Source of the DNA: Usitatibacter rugosus
GTDB taxonomy: Bacteria; Pseudomonadota; Gammaproteobacteria; Burkholderiales; Usitatibacteraceae
Direction: 5' to 3'
Assembly (NCBI RefSeq): GCF_013003965.1
Contig: NZ_CP053069.1
Span: 525,419-589,418, forward strand
DNA length: 64,000 bases
Program-made: the position numbers and the translations under genes
Shown here: positions 56,195-64,000 of the stretch, one piece after another
How the letters are laid out: each line of letters opens with the position of its first letter
Position numbering within the stretch: the stretch's first letter is position 1
Notes under the pieces: generated by a model
The model's input: the letters and a program-made list of their open reading frames with translations, nothing else
Database searches by the model: none
What the model was told of the DNA's origin: nothing

Positions 56195-56315
56195 TGCCTC
56201 TCCTTTTGGAGGCATCATTTTAGCGAGAGGAATCGCGAAAAACGTGGGGAAAATCCCCCCGGAACAGAGGGGAAGTCAAGGTAAACAATTAAATAAGTCC
56301 CTAGGCATAAGAGGC

Positions 56316-56840
56316 ATGGAGGTCCATAGTGATCGACGTATGCGAAACACTCCTCTCCTGAATATCGTCGACACGCTGCAACTGCAGCCCCGCTTCTTCA
56401 CCCTCGTCGGCGCGCTCCGTGGTGCCGGCCTCGAAGTGCTCCTGCGCAGCGCCGGACCCTTCACCCTCTTCGCCCCCGTGGACAGCGCCTTCACCGCGCT
56501 CGAGCCCGAGCTGCGAGACGGCCTGGCCCGCGACTTCAACCGCATGCGCGCGGTGCTCGAATACCACCTGCTGCGTAACACGCTCCTGGCCTCCGATCTT
56601 CGCCACGGCCTCGCGAAGACCGTCGAAGGCACCGCGCTTCGCATCGGCGCCACGGACGACGGCTTCACCGTCGACCACGCCAACGTCGAGCGCACGCAGA
56701 TCCATTGCAGGAACGGCGTGATCCACGCGATCGACGCCGTCATCATGCCGGGCTATCGCCCACCGGTTGTTGCAGCCGCGCTGGAGGAATCCGCGTGGTC
56801 AGGTCGCAGGCGCACCCCGCAAAAGAGGGTGCTCGTATAG
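56316..56840 (+). CDS. fasciclin (FAS1) domain protein
   Basis: FTLFAPVDSAF and GVIHAIDAVIMP FAS1 motifs. Confidence 0.6.
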   Translation: MEVHSDRRMRNTPLLNIVDTLQLQPRFFTLVGALRGAGLEVLLRSAGPFTLFAPVDSAFTALEPELRDGLARDFNRMRAVLEYHLLRNTLLASDLRHGLAKTVEGTALRIGATDDGFTVDHANVERTQIHCRNGVIHAIDAVIMPGYRPPVVAAALEESAWSGRRRTPQKRVLV

Positions 56841-56870
56841 GTTTCGGTAAAAGTGATCAGCAACACATTC

Positions 56871-56902
56871 AGAGAGCCCGGCATCGACCGGGCGCTTTTT
56901 TT
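56871..56902 (+). terminator. rho-independent terminator after the first fasciclin gene
   Basis: GCCCGG-CATCGA-CCGGGC then GCTTTTTTT. Confidence 0.55.
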
Positions 56903-56926
56903 CCAGCAGCCAGTCAGGAGCTCACC

Positions 56927-57355
56927 ATGAATACCCAGGATCAGGACATCGTCGCGAACGCCGCGAACTCCCCCGATTTCTCCATCTTCTCCAACGCGCT
57001 TCGCGCCGCCGGCCTCCAGGCCGCGTTCAAGGCCGAAGGCCCGTTCACGGTCTTCGCCCCGACCGATGCCGCCTTCGAGAAGCTGCCTCCGGGCGCCGTG
57101 AACCTGCTGCTGAAGGACAAGGCGCGCCTCGCGAGCATCATCAATTTCCACGCCACGCGCGGTGTCATGCACGCGGTGGACATCAAGACCCACGACCTCC
57201 CGAGCCTCCAGGGCGAGACGCTGGCCCTCCAGGTGAGCGGCTCGGACCTCGACATCGGCTACACCGTGAACGGCGCCAAGGGCTCGAAGAAGGAGATCGA
57301 GTCCTCCAACGGCATCCTCCACGGCATCGACACGGTGATGATGCCGGCAGGTTGA
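56927..57355 (+). CDS. fasciclin (FAS1) domain protein
   Basis: AGGAGC SD. FTVFAPTDAAF and GILHGIDTVMMP motifs. Confidence 0.7.
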   Translation: MNTQDQDIVANAANSPDFSIFSNALRAAGLQAAFKAEGPFTVFAPTDAAFEKLPPGAVNLLLKDKARLASIINFHATRGVMHAVDIKTHDLPSLQGETLALQVSGSDLDIGYTVNGAKGSKKEIESSNGILHGIDTVMMPAG

Positions 57356-57404
57356 ACCTCGGGGCCGTCACGGCCCCGACACATTGCGGCGTTGAAATGC
57401 GGGC

Positions 57405-58121
57405 ATGCTTCCCTTCCCCAAGGCGGAACCGGCCCGCTTCAGCCTCGAGCCGGGGCTGCTCGGATCGATCCTGCGGCACGCCAGGCCCCTCGGCCACAAC
57501 GAGGACGCGTCCAACCTCAACCTCGGCTTCGGCTTCGTCTACTACGGTCTTGTAAGGGCGCTGCGCCCGAAGCACATCGTGGTGATCGGGTCTGGCTTCG
57601 GCTTCAGCGTCGTGTGCCTGGCGCTCGGCCTCAAGGACAACGGGGTGGGGCAGCTGAGCTTCGTCGACCCCTCGTACTCCTTCCTCAAGGACGGCCTGCT
57701 GCGCACCGTGGGCGGCACGGACCAGTGGAACGAGCCTGACCGCGTGCGCGAGCACTACGCGCGCTTCGGCGTGGAAGAGTGGGTCCGGCACTACAAGATG
57801 ACGAGCGCGGAGTTCTTCTCGCTCTACCGCGGGCGCAACCTGCCCGCGATCGACATCGCCTTCATCGACGGCAACCACTCGTACGAGGACGTGCAGCACG
57901 ACTTCGTGGAGACGGTGCGCAACTCCCACCGCGACACGTACATGCTGCTGCACGACACCAACATCTACGTGCGCGAGCTCGTGCGCCACGCGGGCGTGAA
58001 GCGGTGGCTGAAGCGCGTCGGCACCGACCGCAAGGCCTTCGAGATCGTGGACTTTCCCTTCGCTTCGGGCGTGGCCCTCGTGAGGGTGCTATGCGACGCG
58101 AGCTGGCAACCCGGGGATTGA
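57405..58121 (+). CDS. TylF/MycF/CmcI-like class I SAM-dependent O-methyltransferase
   Basis: IVVIGSGFGFS and FIDGNHSYEDV motifs. Confidence 0.7.
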   Translation: MLPFPKAEPARFSLEPGLLGSILRHARPLGHNEDASNLNLGFGFVYYGLVRALRPKHIVVIGSGFGFSVVCLALGLKDNGVGQLSFVDPSYSFLKDGLLRTVGGTDQWNEPDRVREHYARFGVEEWVRHYKMTSAEFFSLYRGRNLPAIDIAFIDGNHSYEDVQHDFVETVRNSHRDTYMLLHDTNIYVRELVRHAGVKRWLKRVGTDRKAFEIVDFPFASGVALVRVLCDASWQPGD

Positions 58122-58804
58122 TCGCCACCGCGCTGGTCCTGCTGGCGCTCGCGGGCGCGTACACGTTCTGGCGTTACTTCTGGTTCTTCCGCGACCCGCC
58201 GCGCACGCCCCCGGCCGAGGCCGGCATCCTCTCGCCCGCGGACGGAACGGTCGTGTACGTGAAAGTGGTCGAGCCCGGAGCCGAGGTGGTGAGCATCAAG
58301 CAGGGGGTCGCCGCGACGCTGAAGGACATCACGCGCGAGGACATGGCGCAGCGGAAGATCGTGATCGGCATCTTCATGAGCCCGTTCGACGTCCACTACA
58401 ACCGCGCACCGCTCGCGGCCACCGTGAGCTCCATCCGCAAGTACCCGGCGAGTGCGGAGGGCAACGTGAGCATGACGGCGATGCACTGGCGCAGCATCCT
58501 CGGGATGGAGCCGCGCTACACGGGGAGCATGCACATCGTGCAGAACGAGCGGACCGTGACGCGCCTCGAAGGCGAGTACCGCGGGGAGGCCACGCCGATC
58601 TACGTGGTGCAGATCGGCGCCCTCACGGTGAGCGGGATCGACAGCTATTTCGCGCCGGGCCAGTCCGTGGGCCGGGGCGAGACCTTCGGGATGATCCGCG
58701 TGGGCTCCCAGGTGGACCTCGTGGTCCCCTGGCGGGAGGGCCTCGCGGTGCAGGTGAAGCCGGGGGACCGGGTGACCTCCGGCGAGACGCTCCTGATCCG
58801 CTAG
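58091..58804 (+). CDS. phosphatidylserine-decarboxylase-related protein (Psd-like)
   Basis: N-terminal TM helix. IFMSPFDVHYNRAP and C-terminal GS-containing region typical of small Psd-like proteins. Overlaps the methyltransferase gene by about 31 nt. Confidence 0.55.
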   Translation: MRRELATRGLIATALVLLALAGAYTFWRYFWFFRDPPRTPPAEAGILSPADGTVVYVKVVEPGAEVVSIKQGVAATLKDITREDMAQRKIVIGIFMSPFDVHYNRAPLAATVSSIRKYPASAEGNVSMTAMHWRSILGMEPRYTGSMHIVQNERTVTRLEGEYRGEATPIYVVQIGALTVSGIDSYFAPGQSVGRGETFGMIRVGSQVDLVVPWREGLAVQVKPGDRVTSGETLLIR

Positions 58805-59015
58805 GACTACAGCCGAAACCTCTCCCGGCACGCCGGTTCAGCTAGTGGTACTATTCGCCTGCAGGATCTCAAGAGACGAAGTTTCCGTCTTGTCCCTCCC
58901 AGCCGCCTACCGGTGGCTCCGTAGTGGCAGTCAATTCCCTCCTGATCATCGTGACCGTCGCCGCGCTCGGCTTGCGCGCACCATCGCAGTACATTTTGAG
59001 TAAAGGAAACACGAC

Positions 59016-59219
59016 ATGGCTTCAGGTACCGTCAAGTGGTTCAACGACGCTAAAGGTTTTGGCTTCATCACCCCGGAAGGCGGCGGACCCGACCTCTTCG
59101 CTCACCACAGCGAGATCCAGGGCACGGGCTTCAAGTCGCTGAAGGAAGCGCAGAAGGTCGAGTTCGAAGTGCGCCAGGGACCGAAGGGTCCGGCCGCCGG
59201 CAACATCCGCCCGCTGTAA
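59016..59219 (+). CDS. cspA: cold-shock protein (CspA family)
   Basis: [34 protein letters not shown] with RNP1/RNP2 motifs. 67 aa. Confidence 0.9.
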   Translation: MASGTVKWFNDAKGFGFITPEGGGPDLFAHHSEIQGTGFKSLKEAQKVEFEVRQGPKGPAAGNIRPL

Positions 59220-59223
59220 GGCG

Positions 59224-59403
59224 ATGCCGAAACCGAACTACGCATTCCAGAAACGCCAGCGCGAGCTAGCGAAGAAGCAGAAGAAGGAAGCCAAGCAGAG
59301 GGCCAAGGACGCGGAGAAGCAGCCATCCGAGGGCGCAACGCCCGAAGGTGATGATCCCGCGGCCGAGCCGGCTGCCGATGCTCCGAAACCCGCTTCGGAA
59401 TGA
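59224..59403 (+). CDS. small Lys/Glu-rich protein (59 aa) co-transcribed with cspA
   Basis: MPKPNYAFQKRQRELAKKQKKEAKQRAK... Weak AAGG SD. Followed directly by a terminator. Below the ORF-track length cut-off. Confidence 0.3.
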   Translation: MPKPNYAFQKRQRELAKKQKKEAKQRAKDAEKQPSEGATPEGDDPAAEPAADAPKPASE

Positions 59404-59414
59404 CGTTCGTGCAA

Positions 59415-59447
59415 AGAAAAAAGGAGGCTTCGGCCTCCTTTTTTTCG
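59415..59447 (+). terminator. rho-independent terminator (bidirectional A-run/T-run)
   Basis: AAAAAAGGAGGC-TTCG-GCCTCCTTTTTTT. Confidence 0.75.
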
Positions 59448-59556
59448 TTCGCGTTTCCGTAACGCAGGATTAGCACCCGCTTATCCGGATCGGGCGTCTA
59501 CTCGGCTCATCCATTGCGCTTGGGGGCGCCATGTCGATTGAACCGGATGCCTGGGC

Positions 59557-60099
59557 CTAGGCAATGCCCAGTACGAGCTGCACCGACTTGAGGAGGGCAC
59601 TCAGCTTGAACGGCTTGCTCACGTAGCCGTCGGCACCCGCGACGAGGCCTTCGGCCACTTCGTTGGGACCGGCCAGGCCCGTCACCATGATCACCGGCAG
59701 CGTGTTGAGCTGCGGGTGGCCGCGGATGGCCTGCAGGATCGTGAGGCCGTTGGCGTCGGGCAGCTCGCGGTCGAGCAGGAGCACGTCGATCTCGGTGCCG
59801 CGGCGCAGCGCCTGGTTGATCTCGGCCTTCGTCGTGGCCCAGCGCACCTCGAAGCCGTGGGTCATGAAGACGTCGATCAGCAGCTGGCCCAAGTCGGGAT
59901 CGTCCTCGATCACCTGCACGACGTATTGCGTCCCGTTCTTGCGTTCGATGCGGATGGGCGACTGCTTGGTGAAGCTCACCATATAGCCCTGGCTCTCGAG
60001 CTGCGGGGTTCCTACCAACGCTTCCTCGTGCGCGCGTTCCACCTCTTCCACGGTGGGGATGGGCGCGAGGGCATCGGCGAGGGTGAAGTCGCGGTCCAT
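59557..60099 (-). CDS. stand-alone receiver-domain response regulator with a conserved N-terminal extension (paralog of the 54290-54770 product)
   Basis: YVVQVIEDD, DVLLLDRELPDANG, MVTGL, GADGYVSKPF. N-extension QLESQGYMVSF aligns with QLEKSGFLVNL of the paralog. Confidence 0.7.
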   Translation of the reverse strand: MDRDFTLADALAPIPTVEEVERAHEEALVGTPQLESQGYMVSFTKQSPIRIERKNGTQYVVQVIEDDPDLGQLLIDVFMTHGFEVRWATTKAEINQALRRGTEIDVLLLDRELPDANGLTILQAIRGHPQLNTLPVIMVTGLAGPNEVAEGLVAGADGYVSKPFKLSALLKSVQLVLGIA

Positions 60100-60218
60100 A
60101 AGCGAATACTAACCTTCGAAGGAGAAGTAGTTACATCGGGCAGCTTGTAACAGCCCGGAACCCAAGCTGTAGGCAGCCTGTCTTTCAGGGGTCCAGCGGA
60201 TCCCACGGAGATCGGGCT

Positions 60219-61724
60219 ATGGCCATCCGGCTTTGCAATATCGTCGCATTCCTCGCGTGCTTCGCCGCCAGCCAGGCCTTCGCCGGCATCACGCTCCTGT
60301 CCCCCACCCCACAGCGCGCCAAGCTAGGCGAGACGTTCGCCCCGCTCCAGGTGCGGGTGACCGACGACGCGGGCAATCCCATGGTGGATGCGGCGGTTCG
60401 CTATTCGGTACCGACGCCGCCATTCGGTGGAGTCGATACGACGTCCAATGCGGGATGCATCATCGACGCCGGCAAGCTGTGCACCACGCGCACCGATGCC
60501 CAGGGCATCGCCTCCACCCATCCGCTGACGGCCGCGCAGGCGCGGACGCAGCCGAACACGATCCGGTTCGGCCTCGAGGGCGGTAACTACCAGGCCACTG
60601 CCGAGCTTTTCGTCGATCCCGCGATCCCTCCGATGACCATCACGGTGGCGTCCGGCGCGAACCAGAGCACCGCGGTTGGCACGGCATTCCCGCAGCCCTT
60701 CGTGGTTCGCGTCCTGAGCGCGTCGGGGAGTCCCGTTGCGGGCGCACGCGTGACCTTCACCGGCACGGTGTCGGGAGTGGTCAATAGCGCCACGCTCGAC
60801 TTCAACGGCGAGCTGAACACCACCGTGACCACCGATGCGAACGGCCTGGCGAGCGCCTTCGCGCGAGTCGTGAGGGGGATCGGCCCCGGCATCGTTCGCG
60901 CCCAGGTGACCGATACCAACGCAAACATCGTGCTCACCGTCGACATTCCTTACACCTCGACGACCTTCGACGGCCGCAGCGACCTCGACCTCGAGAACAT
61001 GTGGTGGTCCGGCTTCGCGGAGAACGGCTGGGGCTTGAGCATCGCGCAGCGCAGCGACCGGCTCTTCCCTGTGCTCTACGTCTATGACGACAACGGCAAC
61101 CCGACGTGGCGCGTGATCGAGGAGGGCGGCTGGGGCGGCGGTGCGCGCTACGAGTTCTACATCGCAGCGCAGTTCAAGCCGAAGGGCTCGCCGTATTACG
61201 CGTACGACACGTCGCGCTTCGTCATCGGCGATCGCGGTCCCGCCACCACGATCCAGTTCCACTCGCCGATCGCGGCGAACCTGTCGTTCCTGATGGACCA
61301 GAACTTCCCGCCGAGGCCGACGAACAAGAACATCACGCCGATGGATTTCGGCGCGGACGTTCCGAATCGCATGCCCGGCATCGGCGGTATGTGGTGGGGT
61401 GGCCCGTCGCAGGCCGGCTGGGGCATCTCGCTCATGGAACAGCCAGGCGGTGTCTTCGCGGTGTGGTTCACGTATGACGCGAACGGCGATCCGACGTGGT
61501 TCGTGATGCCCACCGGCACGTGGGAGAACGACACGACCTACTCCGGGACGCTCTTCAAGACCCACAGCTCGCCGTGGTTCGCCGTGCCTTATGATTCGTC
61601 CAAGTTCCAGATCACGTCGGTGGGCACGTTCCGGTACCGCTTCGCCAACGTGAACAACGCGACGTTCGAGTGGACGGCGGAAGGGCACTCGGGGTCGATG
61701 CCGCTCGTGAGGATCGAGTTCTAA
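60219..61724 (+). CDS. secreted protein: two Ig-like (Big_1-type) domains plus an undescribed C-terminal tandem W-rich repeat
   Basis: Signal peptide. Big_1-like LGETFAPLQVRVTDDAGNP. Repeats MWWSGFAENGWGLSIAQ...PTWRVIE and MWWGGPSQAGWGISLME...PTWFVMP. Confidence 0.6.
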   Translation: MAIRLCNIVAFLACFAASQAFAGITLLSPTPQRAKLGETFAPLQVRVTDDAGNPMVDAAVRYSVPTPPFGGVDTTSNAGCIIDAGKLCTTRTDAQGIASTHPLTAAQARTQPNTIRFGLEGGNYQATAELFVDPAIPPMTITVASGANQSTAVGTAFPQPFVVRVLSASGSPVAGARVTFTGTVSGVVNSATLDFNGELNTTVTTDANGLASAFARVVRGIGPGIVRAQVTDTNANIVLTVDIPYTSTTFDGRSDLDLENMWWSGFAENGWGLSIAQRSDRLFPVLYVYDDNGNPTWRVIEEGGWGGGARYEFYIAAQFKPKGSPYYAYDTSRFVIGDRGPATTIQFHSPIAANLSFLMDQNFPPRPTNKNITPMDFGADVPNRMPGIGGMWWGGPSQAGWGISLMEQPGGVFAVWFTYDANGDPTWFVMPTGTWENDTTYSGTLFKTHSSPWFAVPYDSSKFQITSVGTFRYRFANVNNATFEWTAEGHSGSMPLVRIEF

Positions 61725-61741
61725 CGCGGTAGGGAGGAAGC

Positions 61742-63223
61742 ATGGCCCTGTGGCTTCGGAATGTCGTCGCGTTCCTGGCGTGCTTCATCGCCAGCCAGGC
61801 CTTCGCGGCGGTCACGCTTCTCTCCCCGACGCCGCAGCGCGCCAAGCTGGGCGAGACGTTCGCCCCGCTCCAGGTCCGGGTGACCGACGCCACGGGCAGT
61901 CCCGTGGCGAACGCGGTGGTCCGCTACTTGGTCACGGTGAACAGTCCCCTCGCGACCACGTCCGAAGAGGGATGCTTCACCGAGCTCGGCACGTTCTGCA
62001 CGACCCGTACCGATGCCCAAGGCATTGCCTCCACCCATCCCCTGAGGACCACGTCCGCGTCAACGCAACCCGGGACGGTCTACTTCGCCCAGGGGGACGG
62101 GCCCTACGAGGTTTTCGCCGAGCTCTTCGTCGATCCCGTGGTGCCGCCGATGGCCGTCACGGTGGTCTCCGGCGCGAACCAGAGGGCGGCGGTCGGCTCG
62201 CCGTTGCCGCAGCCGTTCGTGGTCCAGGTGCTCAGCTCGTCCGGCGCACCCGTCGTGGGGCAGTCGGTCACTTTCCGCTATCTCAGCGGCGCGTCGCTGG
62301 ACTTCAACGGGTCGACCAACGTCACCACCACCACCAACGCGAACGGACTGGCGAGTGCCTCCGCGCGGATCTCGATGGGCATCGGGCCGGGCATGGCACG
62401 CGTGCAGTTCTTCGACACGAACGCAAGCATCTTCCTCACGCTCGACATCCCCTACACCTCGACCACGGCCGACGGCCGCAGCGACCTCGACCTCGAGAAC
62501 ATGTGGTGGTCCGGCTTCGCGGAGAACGGCTGGGGCCTGAGCATCGCGCAGCGCAGCGACCGCCTGTTCCCGGTGCTCTATGTGTATGACGAGAGCGGCA
62601 ACCCGACGTGGCGCGTGATCGAGGGCGGCGGCTGGGGATCCAATTCCCGCTACGAGAACTACATCGCCTACCAGTACAAGCCGAAGGGCTCGCCGTACTA
62701 CGCGTACGACGCCTCGCGCTTCGTCGTAGGCGATCGCGGTCCCGCCACAACGCTGCGCTTCCATTCGGAGATCGCCGCGAGCCTCGACTTCTCGCCCAAT
62801 CCGAACGTTCCCGGCACGCAGCACAAGGCGATCTCCCCGATGGACTTCGGAGCGGACGTTCCGCCTCGCCTGCCCGGCATCGGCGGCATGTGGTGGGGCG
62901 GCCCGTCGCAGGCCGGCTGGGGCATCTCGCTCATGGAGCAGCCCGGCGGCGTCTTCGCGGTGTGGTTCACGTACGACGCGAACGGTGACCCGACGTGGTT
63001 CGTGATGCCAACCGGTGCGTGGGAAAACGACACGACGTACTCAGGGACGCTCTACAAGACCCACAGCTCGCCTTGGTTCGGCGTGGCTTACGACTCGTCG
63101 AGGTTCCAGATCACGTCGGTGGGCACGTTCCGGTATCGCTTCGCCAACGTGAACAACGCGACGTTCGAGTGGACGGCGGAGGGGCATTCCGGCTCGATGC
63201 CGCTCGTGCGGATCGAGTTCTAG
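61742..63223 (+). CDS. tandem paralog of the preceding Ig-like / W-rich-repeat secreted protein
   Basis: High identity to the 60219-61724 product over its full length. GGGAGG SD. Confidence 0.6.
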   Translation: MALWLRNVVAFLACFIASQAFAAVTLLSPTPQRAKLGETFAPLQVRVTDATGSPVANAVVRYLVTVNSPLATTSEEGCFTELGTFCTTRTDAQGIASTHPLRTTSASTQPGTVYFAQGDGPYEVFAELFVDPVVPPMAVTVVSGANQRAAVGSPLPQPFVVQVLSSSGAPVVGQSVTFRYLSGASLDFNGSTNVTTTTNANGLASASARISMGIGPGMARVQFFDTNASIFLTLDIPYTSTTADGRSDLDLENMWWSGFAENGWGLSIAQRSDRLFPVLYVYDESGNPTWRVIEGGGWGSNSRYENYIAYQYKPKGSPYYAYDASRFVVGDRGPATTLRFHSEIAASLDFSPNPNVPGTQHKAISPMDFGADVPPRLPGIGGMWWGGPSQAGWGISLMEQPGGVFAVWFTYDANGDPTWFVMPTGAWENDTTYSGTLYKTHSSPWFGVAYDSSRFQITSVGTFRYRFANVNNATFEWTAEGHSGSMPLVRIEF

Positions 63224-63233
63224 CCCCGTCCGT

Positions 63234-63908
63234 TCAAGCCGTTGCAGGCTTCTGCAGCGGCTCCGCGATCATCCGGTTCAGTCGATCGAGCAGCGTGAAC
63301 AAGCTCTCGATACCGTAGCCCGCGACGAAAGCGAGCGCGAGCGGCAGCGAGAGCGTGGTAGCCATCACGGCTCCCGGCGTGGCCGAGTAGAACCAGCCGA
63401 TCACAATGCCCGCCACACCGCCCGAGGCGATGCGAACGGCCGCCTCGAGGGGGTTCATGGCCGGCACGCGCACGTTGGTGATGTTGCGCATCAGGAAGAT
63501 GGCGGCGCCGAGGAGGCCGTAGGCGAAGGGCAGGATCCACGTGACCCGCATCGACATGCTTTCCTTGAGGGCGGGAATCCGGGCGTACTCCGTGCCGGTA
63601 TCGGACAGGAGCATCCCGTTGCCGGTCGGGAACAGGACATTGAGATAGAAGCAATTGTCGCCACTGACATCCGCGATGATGTGCTTCATCCAGGCGGGGA
63701 AGCCTCCCGCATTCTCCGGAAGCTGGACGCCGCCCTCGGGGTCCACGGCGCAGATCTCCGCGGGCGCGAGAGGGCCGGGGGGCTTCGTTCCGTCGTAGGG
63801 CAAGTCCGATAACGCCTTGCCCTCCGCCTTTCCCTTGTCACCCTTGCGCCCGTCTTCGGCGGCCATGGCGGAGGGCAGCAGCCACGAAAAGCCCGGCACG
63901 AGCGGCAA
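63234..63908 (-). CDS. hypothetical membrane protein (may extend upstream beyond the listed ATG)
   Basis: 224-aa ORF with three C-terminal TM helices. No domain recognised. Open reading frame continues toward the window end. Confidence 0.35.
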   Translation of the reverse strand: MPLVPGFSWLLPSAMAAEDGRKGDKGKAEGKALSDLPYDGTKPPGPLAPAEICAVDPEGGVQLPENAGGFPAWMKHIIADVSGDNCFYLNVLFPTGNGMLLSDTGTEYARIPALKESMSMRVTWILPFAYGLLGAAIFLMRNITNVRVPAMNPLEAAVRIASGGVAGIVIGWFYSATPGAVMATTLSLPLALAFVAGYGIESLFTLLDRLNRMIAEPLQKPATA

Positions 63909-64000
63909 CGCCGTGGCCTTCCTCGCGTCGTTGAAGGTGTTGAAGAGCTTGCCGTTGATCAGCCGCAGCTCGGTGATCTCCTGGTGGAATTTGTCGAAGA

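Noticed and set aside
1-64000. CRISPR arrays, integrases, transposases, phage or conjugation genes
   Set aside because: No repeat-spacer periodicity and no ORF with integrase/transposase/terminase-like motifs was seen, despite the tRNA-like cluster and repeat families.

Overview
High-GC (about 67%) proteobacterial chromosomal window; three Bug/TctC-family periplasmic binding proteins suggest a Burkholderiales-like organism. About 70 protein genes are supported. Many long antisense or alternative-frame ORFs in the track are high-GC artefacts and were not called. Identifiable housekeeping and transport genes: RND efflux pump (adaptor plus permease), TonB-dependent receptor, LytS/LytTR two-component system, cspA, M20 amidohydrolase, SPFH/band-7 protein, metallophosphoesterase. 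One locus looks like a GntR(HutC-type)-controlled acyl-CoA catabolic island: CaiB-type CoA transferase, CitE-like lyase, HMG-CoA-lyase-like, AtuA/DUF1446, DUF4387, nitroreductase and two Bug binding proteins. There is no CRISPR array, integrase, transposase or phage gene. Main unusual items: (1) a 1.1 kb non-coding block (30.06-31.14 kb) with a sigma70-like promoter, a roughly 220-nt terminated sRNA candidate whose ends pair (6S-like), and six tRNA-like cloverleafs of which at least four are non-canonical (Leu-CAG without a variable arm, Phe-GAA with C33/C54, Ala-like with a GAAA tetraloop in place of the anticodon loop, Ile-GAT with a broken acceptor stem); (2) a 25-bp palindromic element family AATAAAG(G/T)GGTC(A/T)GACC(A/C)CTTTATT at six loci, often containing the TAA stop of the upstream gene and resembling HutC/GntR operators, one copy in the GntR promoter; (3) a tight three-gene operon: cytoplasmic thermolysin-motif metallopeptidase, K-rich MBL-fold hydrolase and patatin phospholipase, divergent from a 735-aa secreted protein of unknown function; (4) a polyamine-linked envelope module: tandem-DUF4178 protein, small Gly-rich protein, DUF350, membrane-fused spermidine synthase, Tat flavin amine oxidase; (5) a class I cytochrome c fused to a cytochrome P460 domain; (6) tandem paralogous Ig-like secreted proteins with an undescribed W-rich C-terminal repeat; (7) two paralogous receiver-only response regulators with a conserved N-terminal extension, plus DUF2059 paralogs. 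All calls are from reading the sequence and ORF translations by eye. No search or folding program was run, so coordinates of small elements may be off by 1-2 nt.
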